DNA of 64,000 bases, from the NCBI GenBank assembly GCA_965644295.1, contig CBFFRP010000152.1, forward strand, positions 1-64,000, in the 5' to 3' direction. Positions 19,647 to 32,287 of the stretch are shown here, in pieces. The first letter of the stretch is position 1; the number at the start of each line of letters is the position of its first letter. The notes under the pieces are model-generated. The model saw nothing but the letters and a program-made list of their open reading frames with translations. It made no database searches and was not told the origin of the DNA. A program made the translations under genes and the position numbers. This DNA comes from Paraphysomonas bandaiensis (Eukaryota > Protista > Chrysophyceae).

Positions 19647-20855
19647 ATGATATCAAAACAAATCAAATTATTTGTTTTCATTACACAGATATGTCTGGTA
19701 TTATCAGGACGATTATCAGAACCTGAACGTGTTGAATACTGGAGAAATCATCATACATGGCCACCTAACTGGCAAAATGAAACAACTGGATATAAATTAC
19801 TGATGGAACAAAGAGAACATGAAATTATGGCAATACCTGGAGCAGATGAAAGATGGGAGAATTGGTTGGTGTGTATGAGATGAGATGAAATATGTATTAA
19901 TGTATATATGTATGTATAGGATGCAGTATGTTCAAAGCAGATTAGTACCAAGATTTACAGAGACTGGATTTAAAGTCATACAAACACCTGCTGCACAGGC
20001 TGAAAAACTTAAAGCTGTTGTGGATGAAGCTATTCAGAACTGGGATTCTCTTCCGTATGAACAAGATGTGGATGTGATATATAACAGACCGGGATTGCTA
20101 CCAAAGTTTGTACGCATGAAAGGTGTTGACAGAGAAGTCCACCGGGAACTTCTTCAACAGCATGAGGAATGGGCGGGGGGCATTAAGCTGAAGCCCACCA
20201 GTGCCTATGGTGTTCGTCTCTATCAGAACGGATCATCGTTGGTGATGCATTACGACAAGGTATCGAGTGATATAGTTAATAGGTGACTTGATATTGACCG
20301 CTACTTGTCAGGTACAAACACATGTTATATCTTCCATAGTGCATATAGCACACGAATATGATGACGACAACGAACCATGGCCCCTGGAGATCGAGGATCA
20401 TGATGGAAACTTGCATGCCGTCTCCCTAGAACCTGGGCAGGTGAGTCCGTGTGCTGGAATCTTTCCTTACGTCTGAACTTATGGTGATGTCTTGCAGCAA
20501 TTGTTCTATGAGAGTGCAAAGTGCCTTCATGGACGCATGACAGAGTTCAAAGGAAAATATTATGGGTCTCTTTTTCTCCATTATCAGGTAATCACTGCTC
20601 ATGCTGCACTATTTTTCTCTATTCTCGTGTTATTTTTGTATAAAGCCGGTTGACACTTCCCTCTGGTCTTACACTGTTGAGGATGTTATCAACGCTGTGC
20701 CACCGTTTTGGAAGGATGGTACAATAGAGTCCAGGGGATCTCGTTGGGCGGGTCAAGCAATTACTGTTGACAGCAGAGTAGCTGCCGGAGCCCCTCCACG
20801 GCTTGTGGGAGATGCGAATCCGAGACGAGAGAGAGCAAGTAAACGGGAGTTGTAG
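19647..20855 (+). CDS. Secreted 2OG-Fe(II) oxygenase (prolyl-hydroxylase-like), 5 exons
   Basis: Signal peptide; AYGVRLYQNGSSLVMHYDK (HxD), THVISSIVHI, WPLEIEDHDG, LFYESAKCLHGR. Confidence 0.85.
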
Positions 20856-21519
20856 TCAAGGTACAATATAAAAATGAACATGGGGTCTACGTTTATTTTA
20901 TTGTTGGTAACAGTAATGAAACAGCAATAAGAGTGTGCACGCAGTTCTTGCTTATATACATCCATTGTTTAGGCGTGAGTATTGTCAAATTTGAGATCTA
21001 GACATCTGATAAAGCAAGCACATTCCTATCATGCACGAATAAATGTACATGGATATAAGCAAGTTATATTTCTTGCATTGGTGTACATCGTACGCGTAGA
21101 GTTTAGTAGAAGGAAATATATTTGTCCCTAATAAATTTATCCGACGTTTCTACTAAACTAAAACGTGTCATTTGCTCCTATTAAATATGCTTAAAAACAC
21201 CGTTGACGTAATTGTACGGCATACAACTCGAAACATGGATTTTGTGAAGCCGTTTAGCAGTCTCGTGAAACAATTGTAATTTAGCCATTTTTACATAAAA
21301 CCCAATATATAGACTTCAATTGCGCAATCACATGTGATACGCGAAACGCGAAACTAGGAACATTTAAGTGCTATCAATCTATCAATACAAATAAATCATT
21401 AGTTATAAGTCGAAAAGTATTAAACTAGTACTAGTACGCTACATCGTGAAGGTATATACTACCAACAAACCATCGTATGTGTACTTACTGTACCAACACT
21501 ACGATTTTGGAGGCCTACA

Positions 21520-22487
21520 CTAACGCTTATGAAGGGGGGGGAAGCCCTCAATATTATACTTAGTTGCCAGAACCGTTTGTTTGAACACTATATCGGCGTA
21601 TACTTCATGCAGCTGCTTTTTCATATCTATAACAAATAATGTAAATACTAATACAACAATATTACTTAATATATACGCACTCTTGAAGGCTTCCTCTGCC
21701 TCAGGGTTATCAAACTTTACATTACCCATAGCATCGACTGAACTTATGCAATTCGTAATGTACGACAAATGGGCCTGCACCATCTCATCCTCCTGCACAG
21801 TGTAGCAACGTTATCATACTCTACGAACATACTAACCATGCAGCTTACCATGTATTGAGTGTTTTCGGCGACTCTGCAGCGAAAAAATAACAGAGAAACA
21901 CCCATAAGATCACAACAAATAGTACAAAGTCGTTCATATATACCTGTCCAATGAATTCTGGTAGTAGTCCAAAGCCGTCATGCGGGCCAACGCAAGGCCG
22001 AGTGCAGGAAGCACTGCAGTATCCGCTTTCAGCGCTGCCATGACATCCGGTGCATCGTTGGATATATAGCTGCTGATCAAACAGCTCTTATCGTATCCTT
22101 CCACCAGAAAAGGGGCTTCGGCATGGTCCGGTTCAATACCAAGTAATGTGTCAACATGATTCATCTGCTCAGATGACGGCATGTTATAAAAAACAACACT
22201 GCCATAAGTAAACACATCGAAAAATTCTTTATTCTCTTTGTTTACAATTACAGATATGAAATTCGACCCTTCATTTCGTTCCATTCCCTTAAATGCACGC
22301 CTCATTTTCCGAAGATTCATCGATCTTCCTAAATGGAATGCTCGTATTGCATCAGGTGCATCAGTAGAGAACAATCTGTAATTTATGAGAGCCGTTCTAT
22401 TAAATAAACCTCTAGTGACTGCTATATATATAAGAGTAACACATACAAGGGCGTTACATGCATACCTGCACTCCGAGATAGAAACAT
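21520..22487 (-). CDS. DUF155/RMD1-like protein with mitochondrial-type presequence (multi-exon; 3' end uncertain)
   Basis: MFLSRSA|AVTRGLF; IRAFHLGRSMNL, VFTYGSVVFYNM, LGLALARMTALDYYQ resemble the DUF155 family. Confidence 0.65.
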
Positions 22488-22896
22488 GATGATACAGGAA
22501 TACTATAAAATCAAATACAACTAACAAGAAATGTACTAACAGATGTCTAGTATGCAACTAATGACTGTGTAATATATATGTATATGTTCCATAGTATTGT
22601 GCTGCATTAACAACACTTTCAACCGTTCATCACCATTCTCATAAACTCCTAATTTTCATCTCTAAATTATAATTTTTCATTTATATATTCCATAAAATTG
22701 CAGTTTATAGAAATACCTCCCAATTTAATAAAAATAATCCATATTTTTTGTATATTCTTTCTATATTCTCTAATTTTTACAAAGTAGGATGTTTTCACAT
22801 GATTTTGATGTAAAAATAGATACCATACTCTGGTGCTGCATATCATACATACATACGCTCTACCTGTAGGTCTAGTTGCGTACGTAGACGATGACA

Positions 22897-23047
22897 TGTA
22901 TCGGCATCCTTTGTGTATTTTTGTTCAAATATGCCTCAAATATTGAGACAATAATTCTCTGTATTCTAGCCGTAGTTGTATCTCAGTAATATAGAGCATA
23001 TTTGCTTCAATTCATTACCGAAAAAAGAGATGCTGACAGCCCATACC
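22897..23047 (+). mobile_element. CGTATC-MITE copy 7
   Basis: tgtatcggcatcc...gatgctgacagcccatacc; no clean TSD. Confidence 0.8.
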
Positions 23048-23266
23048 TGTACAGCATCTTCTATACATTAATAATATCATATGCATCCGTACGATCTCTA
23101 CAGCATATTTCATACATTACATCGACATTCTATTTCTATACTCCCATAATTCCATAGTAGCATCTATTTAACCATATATACTTAATAAAACACCCTTCAT
23201 TCCCTTATTTTCACACATACACACATTTCTTATTCCATTTCCATTCATAGAAACACTTTTAATTAA

Positions 23267-26200
23267 ATGAGTGATCATAAATCAAGTCGTAGAAGATCAT
23301 CAGTGGCATTTATACAACAAACTAAACAAAGTGGTGTCTATAATGATACATGGGATGATGCAACAGTATGGATTACTTCATCATCATCATCTTCAATACA
23401 AGATGTATGGAAAAAGGCTGTGGTAGTTTCTAAAGTCCCACCTGATGAGGGTGAAGAGTGGGAGTTTAAAGTACGTGAGATTGATAGTGGAAATACAGTA
23501 TCTATACGTACACCTTCATTAGGAAAACAAGGACTTGAATATGTTTTAGTGAAACGCAGGGATGAAGGGTTGAAGGGTTCTGAAGTGCATGATATGACAT
23601 CGTTGCTTTATTTGAATGCACCAGAATTGTTGGAGTGTGTTAAGCAACGTTATATGGAGAAATCCATATACACATCTATAGGCCCAATTTTATTGGCTGT
23701 GAATCCTTTTGAGAGGTTGCCACTTTACTCTTCCGAAATTCTGAACAAATACAATGTAGATGACAATAGCCTCGGTCAGAAAGCGCAACCCCATGTTTTT
23801 GAAGTGGCAAACAGAGCGTACAGTAAAATGTTTGTTGATAAATTTCGCCCAGATGAGCGTGAGAACCAGTCTATCTTAGTCAATGGGGAGTCCGGAGCAG
23901 GGAAAACGGAATCGACGAAACACGTCCTTCATTTTTTAGCAGTTGTGTCTTCAAAAGTTGCATCACAGTGCATTCTTGGTGACGAGAGCAACCAGGATAT
24001 CGAGAACCAAATCCTGGCATCCAACCCTATCCTGGAGTCTTTCGGGAACGCCAAGACGTTGCGAAATAATAATTCTTCTAGATTCGGAAAATTCATTGAG
24101 TTACTGTACACCTCTGATGGGTACATCGAAGGTGCTGTTATGCGTACATATCTCCTGGAGACTATGCGCGTTGTCGGGCAGGGTACAGGGGAAAGGAACT
24201 ACCACATCTTCTACGAAGTGTTTGCGGGCCTCGCCCCGGCTGTTAAAAAGAGGTATGGGCTGACTGATCTAGCACATTTCCGCTATACCAATCAGAGCGG
24301 GGAGTTGTGCCGTCATGATGGGGAGTCAGATCTTGAGAACTTTGGTGACCTAAAGGATGCCTTGACCACGCTGGAGGTAGATGAGGACTTTCAGGACGAT
24401 GTGGATAAAGTGATAGCAGGCATCCTCCATCTCGGAAACCTCAGCTTCGAGGACTCGAGCAAAGCTGGGGAGGATGCAGCTGATTTTTCGCCCAGCAGTC
24501 AATCGAGGGAGACTGTGGATTTCGTATGTCAATTGCTGGGACTCCATGAATCAATGCTACTATCCGCTGTTGCGCGCAGGAGTGTGACTGTCGTCGGTAA
24601 TACCATAGAGAAAACTCTAAACTCAGAGTCTGCTGTGCATGCACGTGATTCGTTCGCGAAATTTTTATACAGTGCATTGTTCGCCTGGGTAGTCGCAAAG
24701 ATGAATGTATGTCTTGTGGGAGATGTCAATATAGAAGAGACGGCCTCATTCATCGGTGTGTTGGATATATTTGGATTTGAACATTTTGACCAAAACAGCT
24801 TTGAGCAGCTCTGTATTAATTATACAAACGAGAAGCTGCAAGACCACTTCAACTACTCTGTTTTCCGGAGTGAGCAGGAGGTGTATCAGCAGGAGGGCCT
24901 TAAGTGGACATTTGTGGAGTATCCAGATAACAGTGCACGATTGGATTTGATCGAACATAGCTCAGTTGGTATCCTCGCCATCTGTAATGAGCAACTCAAG
25001 ATGCCTAAATGCACAGACGAAAAGCTTGCGCAATCACTATACCAAAAGTGCGGAACTCACACGTACTTTCGCGCAACCCGTGCGGAGAAGGGAAAACTCG
25101 AGTTCACAATTCTCCACTACGCCTGCCCTGTCACGTACCAGACAGAGGGATTCTTGGATAAGAACCGCACAGAGAACCCCAAGGAACTGTATGATACACT
25201 GCGTAAATCTCGTAACGCATTGATGCGAGAGATGTACGGGGAGTGTATGGGTGCGGGGCGCACCAGCTTCTTTGGGGACATGCGATCATCTAATTCCTCT
25301 ATGAGTATAACCCAAGTTCGTGGTTTCAGTAGGCAGCCCTCAAACAGGTCTGTCGGTGGAGGCCTCACAAAGCAACCATCAGCAAAGTTCAACATTGCTA
25401 ACCGCTCTAGCCCGAAGCCCAGCGAGACTACCAAGTCCAGGCAACACAGATCGTCTATCGGTAAGAAAGTTACGAGTCTTTCATCACAATTTCAAACTCA
25501 GTTGTCTGAACTCATGGGAAAGATTCGGTCTACTCGCTCTCACTTTATCTGTTGTATAAAGCCAAATAGGCAAATGCAGGCTGGTGTTTTTGACAGTGAA
25601 ATGTGCGCGGATCAAATTCGGTGTGGGGGTTCTTTGGGAGCATTACAAGTGTTCAAAGCGGGATTTGCAAACCGATTGTCATTCGCGGCTTTCACGAATA
25701 GATTTTCAGCATTCGCTTTTGTGTCCGGAACTAATATGCTTACTCGCGACCTACAGTCAGCGATTGAGTTGGCGCGTACTACAGGCAGCCTAGTACACTG
25801 GAGGAGGGCTGCTGGATGTTTACTCGATATTGTACCGCTGTCTCATATGGTACTATCACTGGCCCTTAATGAGCCGCCTGATTGTGAGGTTGATATTGTT
25901 CGGGACATGCAGATGGGAAAGACACAGATATTTTTGAAGGCCGAGGCATTCGAGTTCTTGGAGAGGCTACACTTGCGAACGCGTAATTTGACAGCCCGGC
26001 GACTGCAGCTCCGGTGGAGGGCATGGAGAGTGTCTAAACACAACGAGAATCTCGGTATAAAAACGACGTCTGGGATGCTCGCGGCGCAAGAAGCAATGCG
26101 CTATTTTTCTGATTTCCGTCGTATCCAGGCGATGAAAAAAGTTTCTGCCACAATTGTGCTACAGAGACGCGCACGTATATTTTTAGCTGTGCACTACAGG

Positions 26201-27820
26201 AAGCTTATGCTTTCCCGTATATCTAACTTTCAGAGGCACTGCAGAAGGTATCTTGAATGGCGACGAGAAATGCGTTCCCGGGAGGCTGCTGTTCGTGTAG
26301 TTCAACACTATATTAGAGGTCTTTTGGCGCGCTTTCGGTGGTTACGGTTTCATCATGCAGTCATCCGCCTTCAATGCAATTTCCGTGGGAAAACTACTCG
26401 CAAGCGATTGAGGAATGAGCGTAATGCTCAGGAAAGAGGGATGTGGTGTATTGTTAGACTTCAGTCGCTTGCCCGAGGGCAAGCTGCTCGTGAAAAGTTT
26501 CATGCTATTCGTCGTGCTATGGTTAGTATGGAGTCGCCAGTTACAATTACTGTAGCCCTAACACTGTGCGTGATTGTTTTTGCAGATATCAAAACGGTTT
26601 GAAGATCAGATGAAGGCACAGATGAGAAAGAAAGAAATACTGGTCAGTGTCGTGTATTATTACAAGGAAATGACTGACTTTTATTCAGGCAAAATTGGAA
26701 GCAAAATTGGAAGAAGACCCTCATTTATTGGATACTCTGGAAGGTAGCTCTGGTGCTATTCCTCCAAGTAATGGAGGGCTTAAAGATGAAGAGATACAGC
26801 GTCTTCGAAACGAGTTAACTAATCTTCAACTTAAAGTTAAAAGCTTGGAGGAAGAAAACCATCGTCTTAAGGCCCAGTTAGAGGTTTCCGCAGTTGCGGC
26901 TTCCGGGGATCCGACTGGCCACAGCGTGTCCATGTGGTTGGAGCGTGTTGAAAAGCTCGAGCGTGAGAATCTTGCTCTTAAGAAAGGAAATCCTGGTATG
27001 GCTCGCTCCCGTAGTTCCTTTGCAACTGCTCGTGGTTCGTTTGTGGGATCTGCTGACGACCCGTCTTCTAAAAAGGGAGGAGATGCTAAGGAAGTTTTGA
27101 GGAGGCGTTTGTCTGCCACGTCATCTGCGAATGCGGTTTTCTCCAACGACGATCGACTCGACGCAGTCACTTTGTCCGCTAACTTACTGTCGAGTGACAA
27201 AACTGATAAAGACATGGAATCGCAACATCCTGATTGGATCAAGAAATTTTCTGATCAGCACAAGCGAGTATATTGGCGACATAAGGTTTGGCGATACATT
27301 TTCCCAAGTTAGTACAATAACTTGTTTTTAGGTTACGGGTAAAACCACTTGGACAGCCCCAGTATTAAGTACAAGCAAAGAAGTTGGTATTGCTGAGAAA
27401 CGCCAGCAGGATGTCGCGAGCAATGCTGCACCTTCAGCTCGACGGGAAGACACTGAGGATGAAGGTTTATCAGTACCTGAGCTGCAGATTGCCATTGAAA
27501 AACTTATGTCGGGATGGGTTGGATTGAAACTCAGCAGTACAAACTACCCGAAGGAGCGTACTATATCTGTTGATCCGACCACCCAGATTCTGGCATGGAA
27601 GAAGACTGGTGGTAAGATGGAAGGTTGCTTAAATTTGGATACTGTCAAACGAATCACCAGAGGAAAGAAGAGTCGGACTCTTGAAAAGTCAAAAGGCCTT
27701 GATGCGAGTTTGTGTCTCTCTGTGCATTACTTGAAAACATCGTTGGATTTACAACTCGCCAGTGAAGCAGAGAGGGATATGATGTACTTTGGCCTGAAAG
27801 AACTACTTAAGGTCGAATAA
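23267..27820 (+). CDS. Myosin heavy chain: motor, IQ motifs, coiled coil, WW, C-terminal PH (4 exons)
   Basis: GESGAGKT, NNNSSRFGKF, LDIFGFE; several IQ-like motifs. WW domain HPDWIKKFSDQHKRVYWRHK|VTGKTTWTAP spans an intron. PH-like end (SLDLQLASEAERDMMYFGLKELL). Confidence 0.93.
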
Positions 27821-28586
27821 TTTTAAGAAGTGTAGACGGTTGTTTAATAACAGATCTCATTACCATGTACTGGAGCTAGTAGATTGTGAGGTCATCCGAC
27901 GTTATTTTGCAATTGATTGTGAGTCATAATATTAAATCATGTGTCTTATTACAGACTTGCTGTGTACTACAAAACTGCTTTTCCTCGTATTTAGTTTTAT
28001 ATAATTATTGAACCTCAAAAAGCATTCATTTTAGAGTCTTATGGAAAGAAAAAGCACTCCAGTTCATATTAGCTTCGTAGTATGGATGAAGTACTGAACT
28101 ACTCTAAGTAACCCTCCAGAGAAGTTGGCTTGGCAATCCTAGTAAGTATACAAATTCAGGTGTTAATAGTTAGTAATTAGTAATGCATTTATTGTTGAGA
28201 TCTGAAGATTCCATATACTTGCAATTGAGTGCAGTATTATGTTAGATGCAAGGATCGAAAGATATATATGTAATTAGTACGTTATATTGTGTAGTATGAA
28301 ACTGAAGTAGAAGTGGGTGACTGTACAGGATACAATCACTGAGTGTGTGGTTTGTACACTATAGTAGTAAATGAATGGTATTGAACACAACTTAGGTTCC
28401 TTATCATGTAATGTTTATAATTTCATCTTATCACTTGAGAATAGTAAACCTTAGCAAATAACCTTGACATTATGTCAACTTCTGATATTTATACAAGTAA
28501 ATTCCTTCATAGCAGGGTTCGGTAACACTATATATTGCAATACTATTGTATCATTATTGATCAGTAACTAAGTAAGTAAGTAAACA

Positions 28587-28700
28587 CCTCAACAAAGTCG
28601 GACTTGCACTTTTTCGTGGTGTTCTGGGGGATAAGTACCGGAGATATATCTCAGGGAAACTAACGTGAGCCGCGTATATGAAGTCAACAGATGTTGTTCT
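28587..28700 (-). repeat. Dispersed repeat, inverted relative to 34537-34648
   Basis: ~85 bp of high identity, decaying inward; a (GTAA)n run lies just outside. Confidence 0.8.
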
Positions 28701-29737
28701 TTTCACTCAGAGAGCGAAAGTAGTTTCACCTTGATGCTTGTAGTGACACACCAGCAGCTTTTGTAGCACTTAACCGTAGGATAAGAGTTAAGCACTGGTT
28801 AATTTAATTTTTTTGCTAAAGTAGTTATTATGACTCTTACACGCCTATTGCTAATTTATCAGACGTTCACTAATTGTAAGTAAAAGCATCCGTATATTCC
28901 ATTTTTAGTATATAACTAGTGATATTTTATACTATTAAGGTATATATGGTATTATTATTATTGTTGGCTATACACATGTTGGCTGTACGCTAACTACTGC
29001 TTCGCTAATCCCATCCCGTGACCCATCATTGGTGACGCCAGCACCACAATATTCTTTCAAAATTAATTGACAATATTCATACATCCGGAATCCGGTCACA
29101 ACTGTCGATTTGATTCATAAACAACATCATAATATTATTATTAATAGGATGCATACGTTAGCAAAACATTGACAAAATAATAAGTTTATCTTTGCTGAAC
29201 AGGCCTTCATATGTATCGCAAGTACATATTACATGACTCGTGAACCGGTGTATAGATATTTCAACTTTCATTTCTGAAGTTTTTGAACTGACTGAAGAAG
29301 TTTTCCCGCATATAATAGGCAACATCAGCGTCATCATTCTTTGTGTTGTTACAGTGTTGCAATCGCTGTATGAACTTATATTTTGCGCCCTACAGTTTTA
29401 AGAAGCTTTCGGTATCTGACTACTAAAATTTTGACTGCTATATATATTGTGAGCGGCTTTAACAAAACAATATTGATGGAATTGTATCATATTATATTAC
29501 AGTTCAATATAATATATACTCTGTTAACGAACCCTGCTTCCAAGTACAGCAGACAACAGAATAGATTTCGAGATCGTGTCATGAAGATCATAATATGTAC
29601 ACAATGCTTGAATTATAAATTAATCTCACTTATCACTCATTGTCATTAATTCGCCAAATTTAGGTTACCTCAACTACCGATAATTTTCATACGATCATCT
29701 CATATAGATACAATCTTATATTTTATTATACCAGAAC

Positions 29738-31188
29738 TCAAATGATGCGATCAATCAAATCAACTGGTGCATTGGAAAGTGTGCCCGCATACGCATACAC
29801 TTGGTTGGCTAGTGACTCGCATAGACTGTAATAATCATCTTGAGTTCTAGCAATGCCATTTATTTCGCAGTAAGCATTGAAAGTATTTTGCAAGACACAA
29901 CCAAACGCAAACGAATTAAACTTCCTCATTTCACTCAAGTAACTTCTGCCACCATGCCTATGCGGCCATACTCTACTCTTCACCTGATTGTTGAATACAG
30001 CACATGCGTTAAACATCCTATCATAGTCACTCCACACAGGTTCAGACTGCCTTTCAGACTTTGTTTCTATTCTGATGTAAGCATTACTCAGAGCAGTATA
30101 CTCACTGCCATCATTGGTGTACGAATGAACAACCAGCTCCTTCCGTACTTCGTTCCACAGCCCCTTCCACGCCCCCACTGCATATACCCCTTCACTTAGT
30201 ACGCGAGTAATAGTTGGAAACCGCTGAGGGTTCACAACAGCGATGAACTTTACATTCTTTTCAGCAAGGGCTTCTATTGCAGCATCATGCATGTTGTATA
30301 AGTCTAATTCTAGCAAAGTGTCTGCCATTTTAGTTGAATTGAAAGAGTGGATAATTTTACTCCAATGTTTTACCACAGTACTGACTGGGATAGACTCCTC
30401 AAGAACACTGATAGCATCATGAAGCCAAATGTCCAACATATATGATTCGTTGTTAGACAGCTTCACACACAACTCGTAGATCCACAAGCCAACGCTGTCT
30501 GGTTTCATGTAGGCTACACTCACATTAGGGATTCTACCTACGCTGAATAATTAATGCTATCACCACTATTTCATCTGATATAGATACCTCTAAAACAAAT
30601 TGACTTCTCGTTGCCGACTACAACATTTCCAATACCACGGAGAATAGACCTGAAATTGACGGATAGCTGATTCGAATATCGACAATCGAAAAGGAAATGG
30701 GATGATAGAATTTCCATATATGTAATTCCGAGAGTGGGCACATTTGGATAGGCATTCTTGAAGTGCTGCTGATACCACTGAAGCTGTTCACGCAGTGATC
30801 TATTACGACTAATAACGCCATCAGACTGATGTCTTTCCCCATATATTCTAATCCATATCGACAGTAATATATATATGGATTGTAATGAAGGTAGTACAAG
30901 ACTGTTATTCCCATACAGCATAGTTGTAGGGTCGATATCATTTGCTATAGACACTACCAGTGAATGTGTGATAAAATTTAAAAAGATATCTAAAAGAGTA
31001 GCTGTTTGTATGTTAAATGATGGAGGATTTGATGTGTTAGCTATGGAAGATACATGGAATGATTCATTGTTTAAATTAACGGGCCTCCAGTGCTGGTTCA
31101 CGTCTATTTCCTCATATGTTTGTCTAGAAGTGTTAGTAGCGTGATTCTCATGTATGAGAGAGTGTGTATGGTGTGTATTGGATGTCAT
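29738..31188 (-). CDS. piggyBac transposase-derived (PGBD-like) protein, 2 exons, ~466 aa
   Basis: A 50-nt GT-AG intron (30587-30538) joins two ORFs in frame to give VVVGNEKSICFRGRIPNVSVAYMKPDSVGLWIYELC. Also DIFLNFITHSLV, VWSDYDRMFNACAVFN and FGCVLQNTFNAY, collinear with DDE_Tnp_1_7 motifs. Confidence 0.75.
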
Positions 31189-31265
31189 ATGGTGTGATTA
31201 TTGTGTAGTTAAGGTATGTATGTATGTGTGTGTATGTATGTATGTGATGACTTTACACTGAGAGT

Positions 31266-31590
31266 TATGTACAGTGTGAGTGTATGTATGTGAGTCTATG
31301 TGTACAGTGTGAGAGGGTAGGTCGATAGGTGTATGTATGTGTATATGCTATAGGTGTATGTGTACAGTGTGAAAGGGTAGGTCGATAGGTGTATGTATGT
31401 GTATATGCTATAGGTGTATGTGTACAGTGTGAAAGGGTAGGTCGATAGGTGTATGTATGTGTATGTGCACAGTGTGAGTGTATGTATGTGTACAGTGTGA
31501 AAGGGTAGGTCGATAAGTGTATGTATGTGTATGTGCACAGTGTGAGTGTATGTCTATAGGTGTATGTGCACAGGTGTATGTCTATAGGTG
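31266..31590. repeat. Minisatellite, ~59-bp unit (about 4 copies plus partials)
   Basis: gtgtacagtgtgaaagggtaggtcgataggtgtatgtatgtgtat repeated. Confidence 0.85.
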
Positions 31591-31972
31591 TATGATGTGT
31601 CTGTATGTATGTATGATGTGAAAAGTATGACTTCACAGCGTATGTGAATATGTGTGTAGTAATGTATATGGATGTATTACGATGTGAATGTGTGTACGTA
31701 CAGTGTATGTATTCCCTCATAGCAGTCGTCAATCTATACACAGTCATGTAAGATGGGCTACACATCTAGACATACACTCACCTACACATACTACACTACC
31801 CATAGATGTCACTAGAAATACCTTACACGAAGTACAGTAAGACAAAACATGAACAACACTCTCTAAAAGAGTGTGGTAGATATATCATGCCAAATGCCAA
31901 GCTATCTATTTGCTTGCACATATAGCTCTGTGAAGCCATAAACCAAACTGGGGGAAACGGCACATTATGAGC

Positions 31973-32178
31973 TGTATGTATGTATGTATGTATGTATGTA
32001 TGTATGTATGTATGTATGTATGTATGTATGTATGTATGTATGTATGTATGTATGTATGTATGTATGTATGTATGTATGTATGTATGTATGTATGTATGTA
32101 TGTATGTATGTATGTATGTATGTATGTATGTATGTATGTATGTATGTATGTATGTATGTATGTATGTATGTATGTATG
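31973..32178. repeat. (TATG)n microsatellite, ~51 units
   Basis: Direct reading. Confidence 0.97.
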
Positions 32179-32287
32179 TGTGTATGTGTGTATGTAACCA
32201 CTGCTGTCTGTGTGTGTGTTGTGTGTTTGTTATATTCATAATCTAGAATCTAAACCCATCTATCACTCTCCTACACACACTCTACAC

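Noticed and set aside
28587-28700. Ribozyme or structured ncRNA in the dispersed repeat
   Set aside because: No hammerhead CUGAnGA/GAAA core or other recognisable motif was found by eye; an Infernal search would be needed.
28769-31215. TTAA-bounded piggyBac TIRs around the PGBD-like gene
   Set aside because: TTAA sites exist, but no matching inverted termini were found.
31266-31590. Possible CRISPR-like array
   Set aside because: The sequences between the cores are near-identical or microsatellite-like rather than unique spacers; there are no cas genes and the context is eukaryotic.
31823-32246. ORFs of HTYI/MYVC repeats
   Set aside because: They are translations of the (TATG)n microsatellite, which has no stop codon in any frame.
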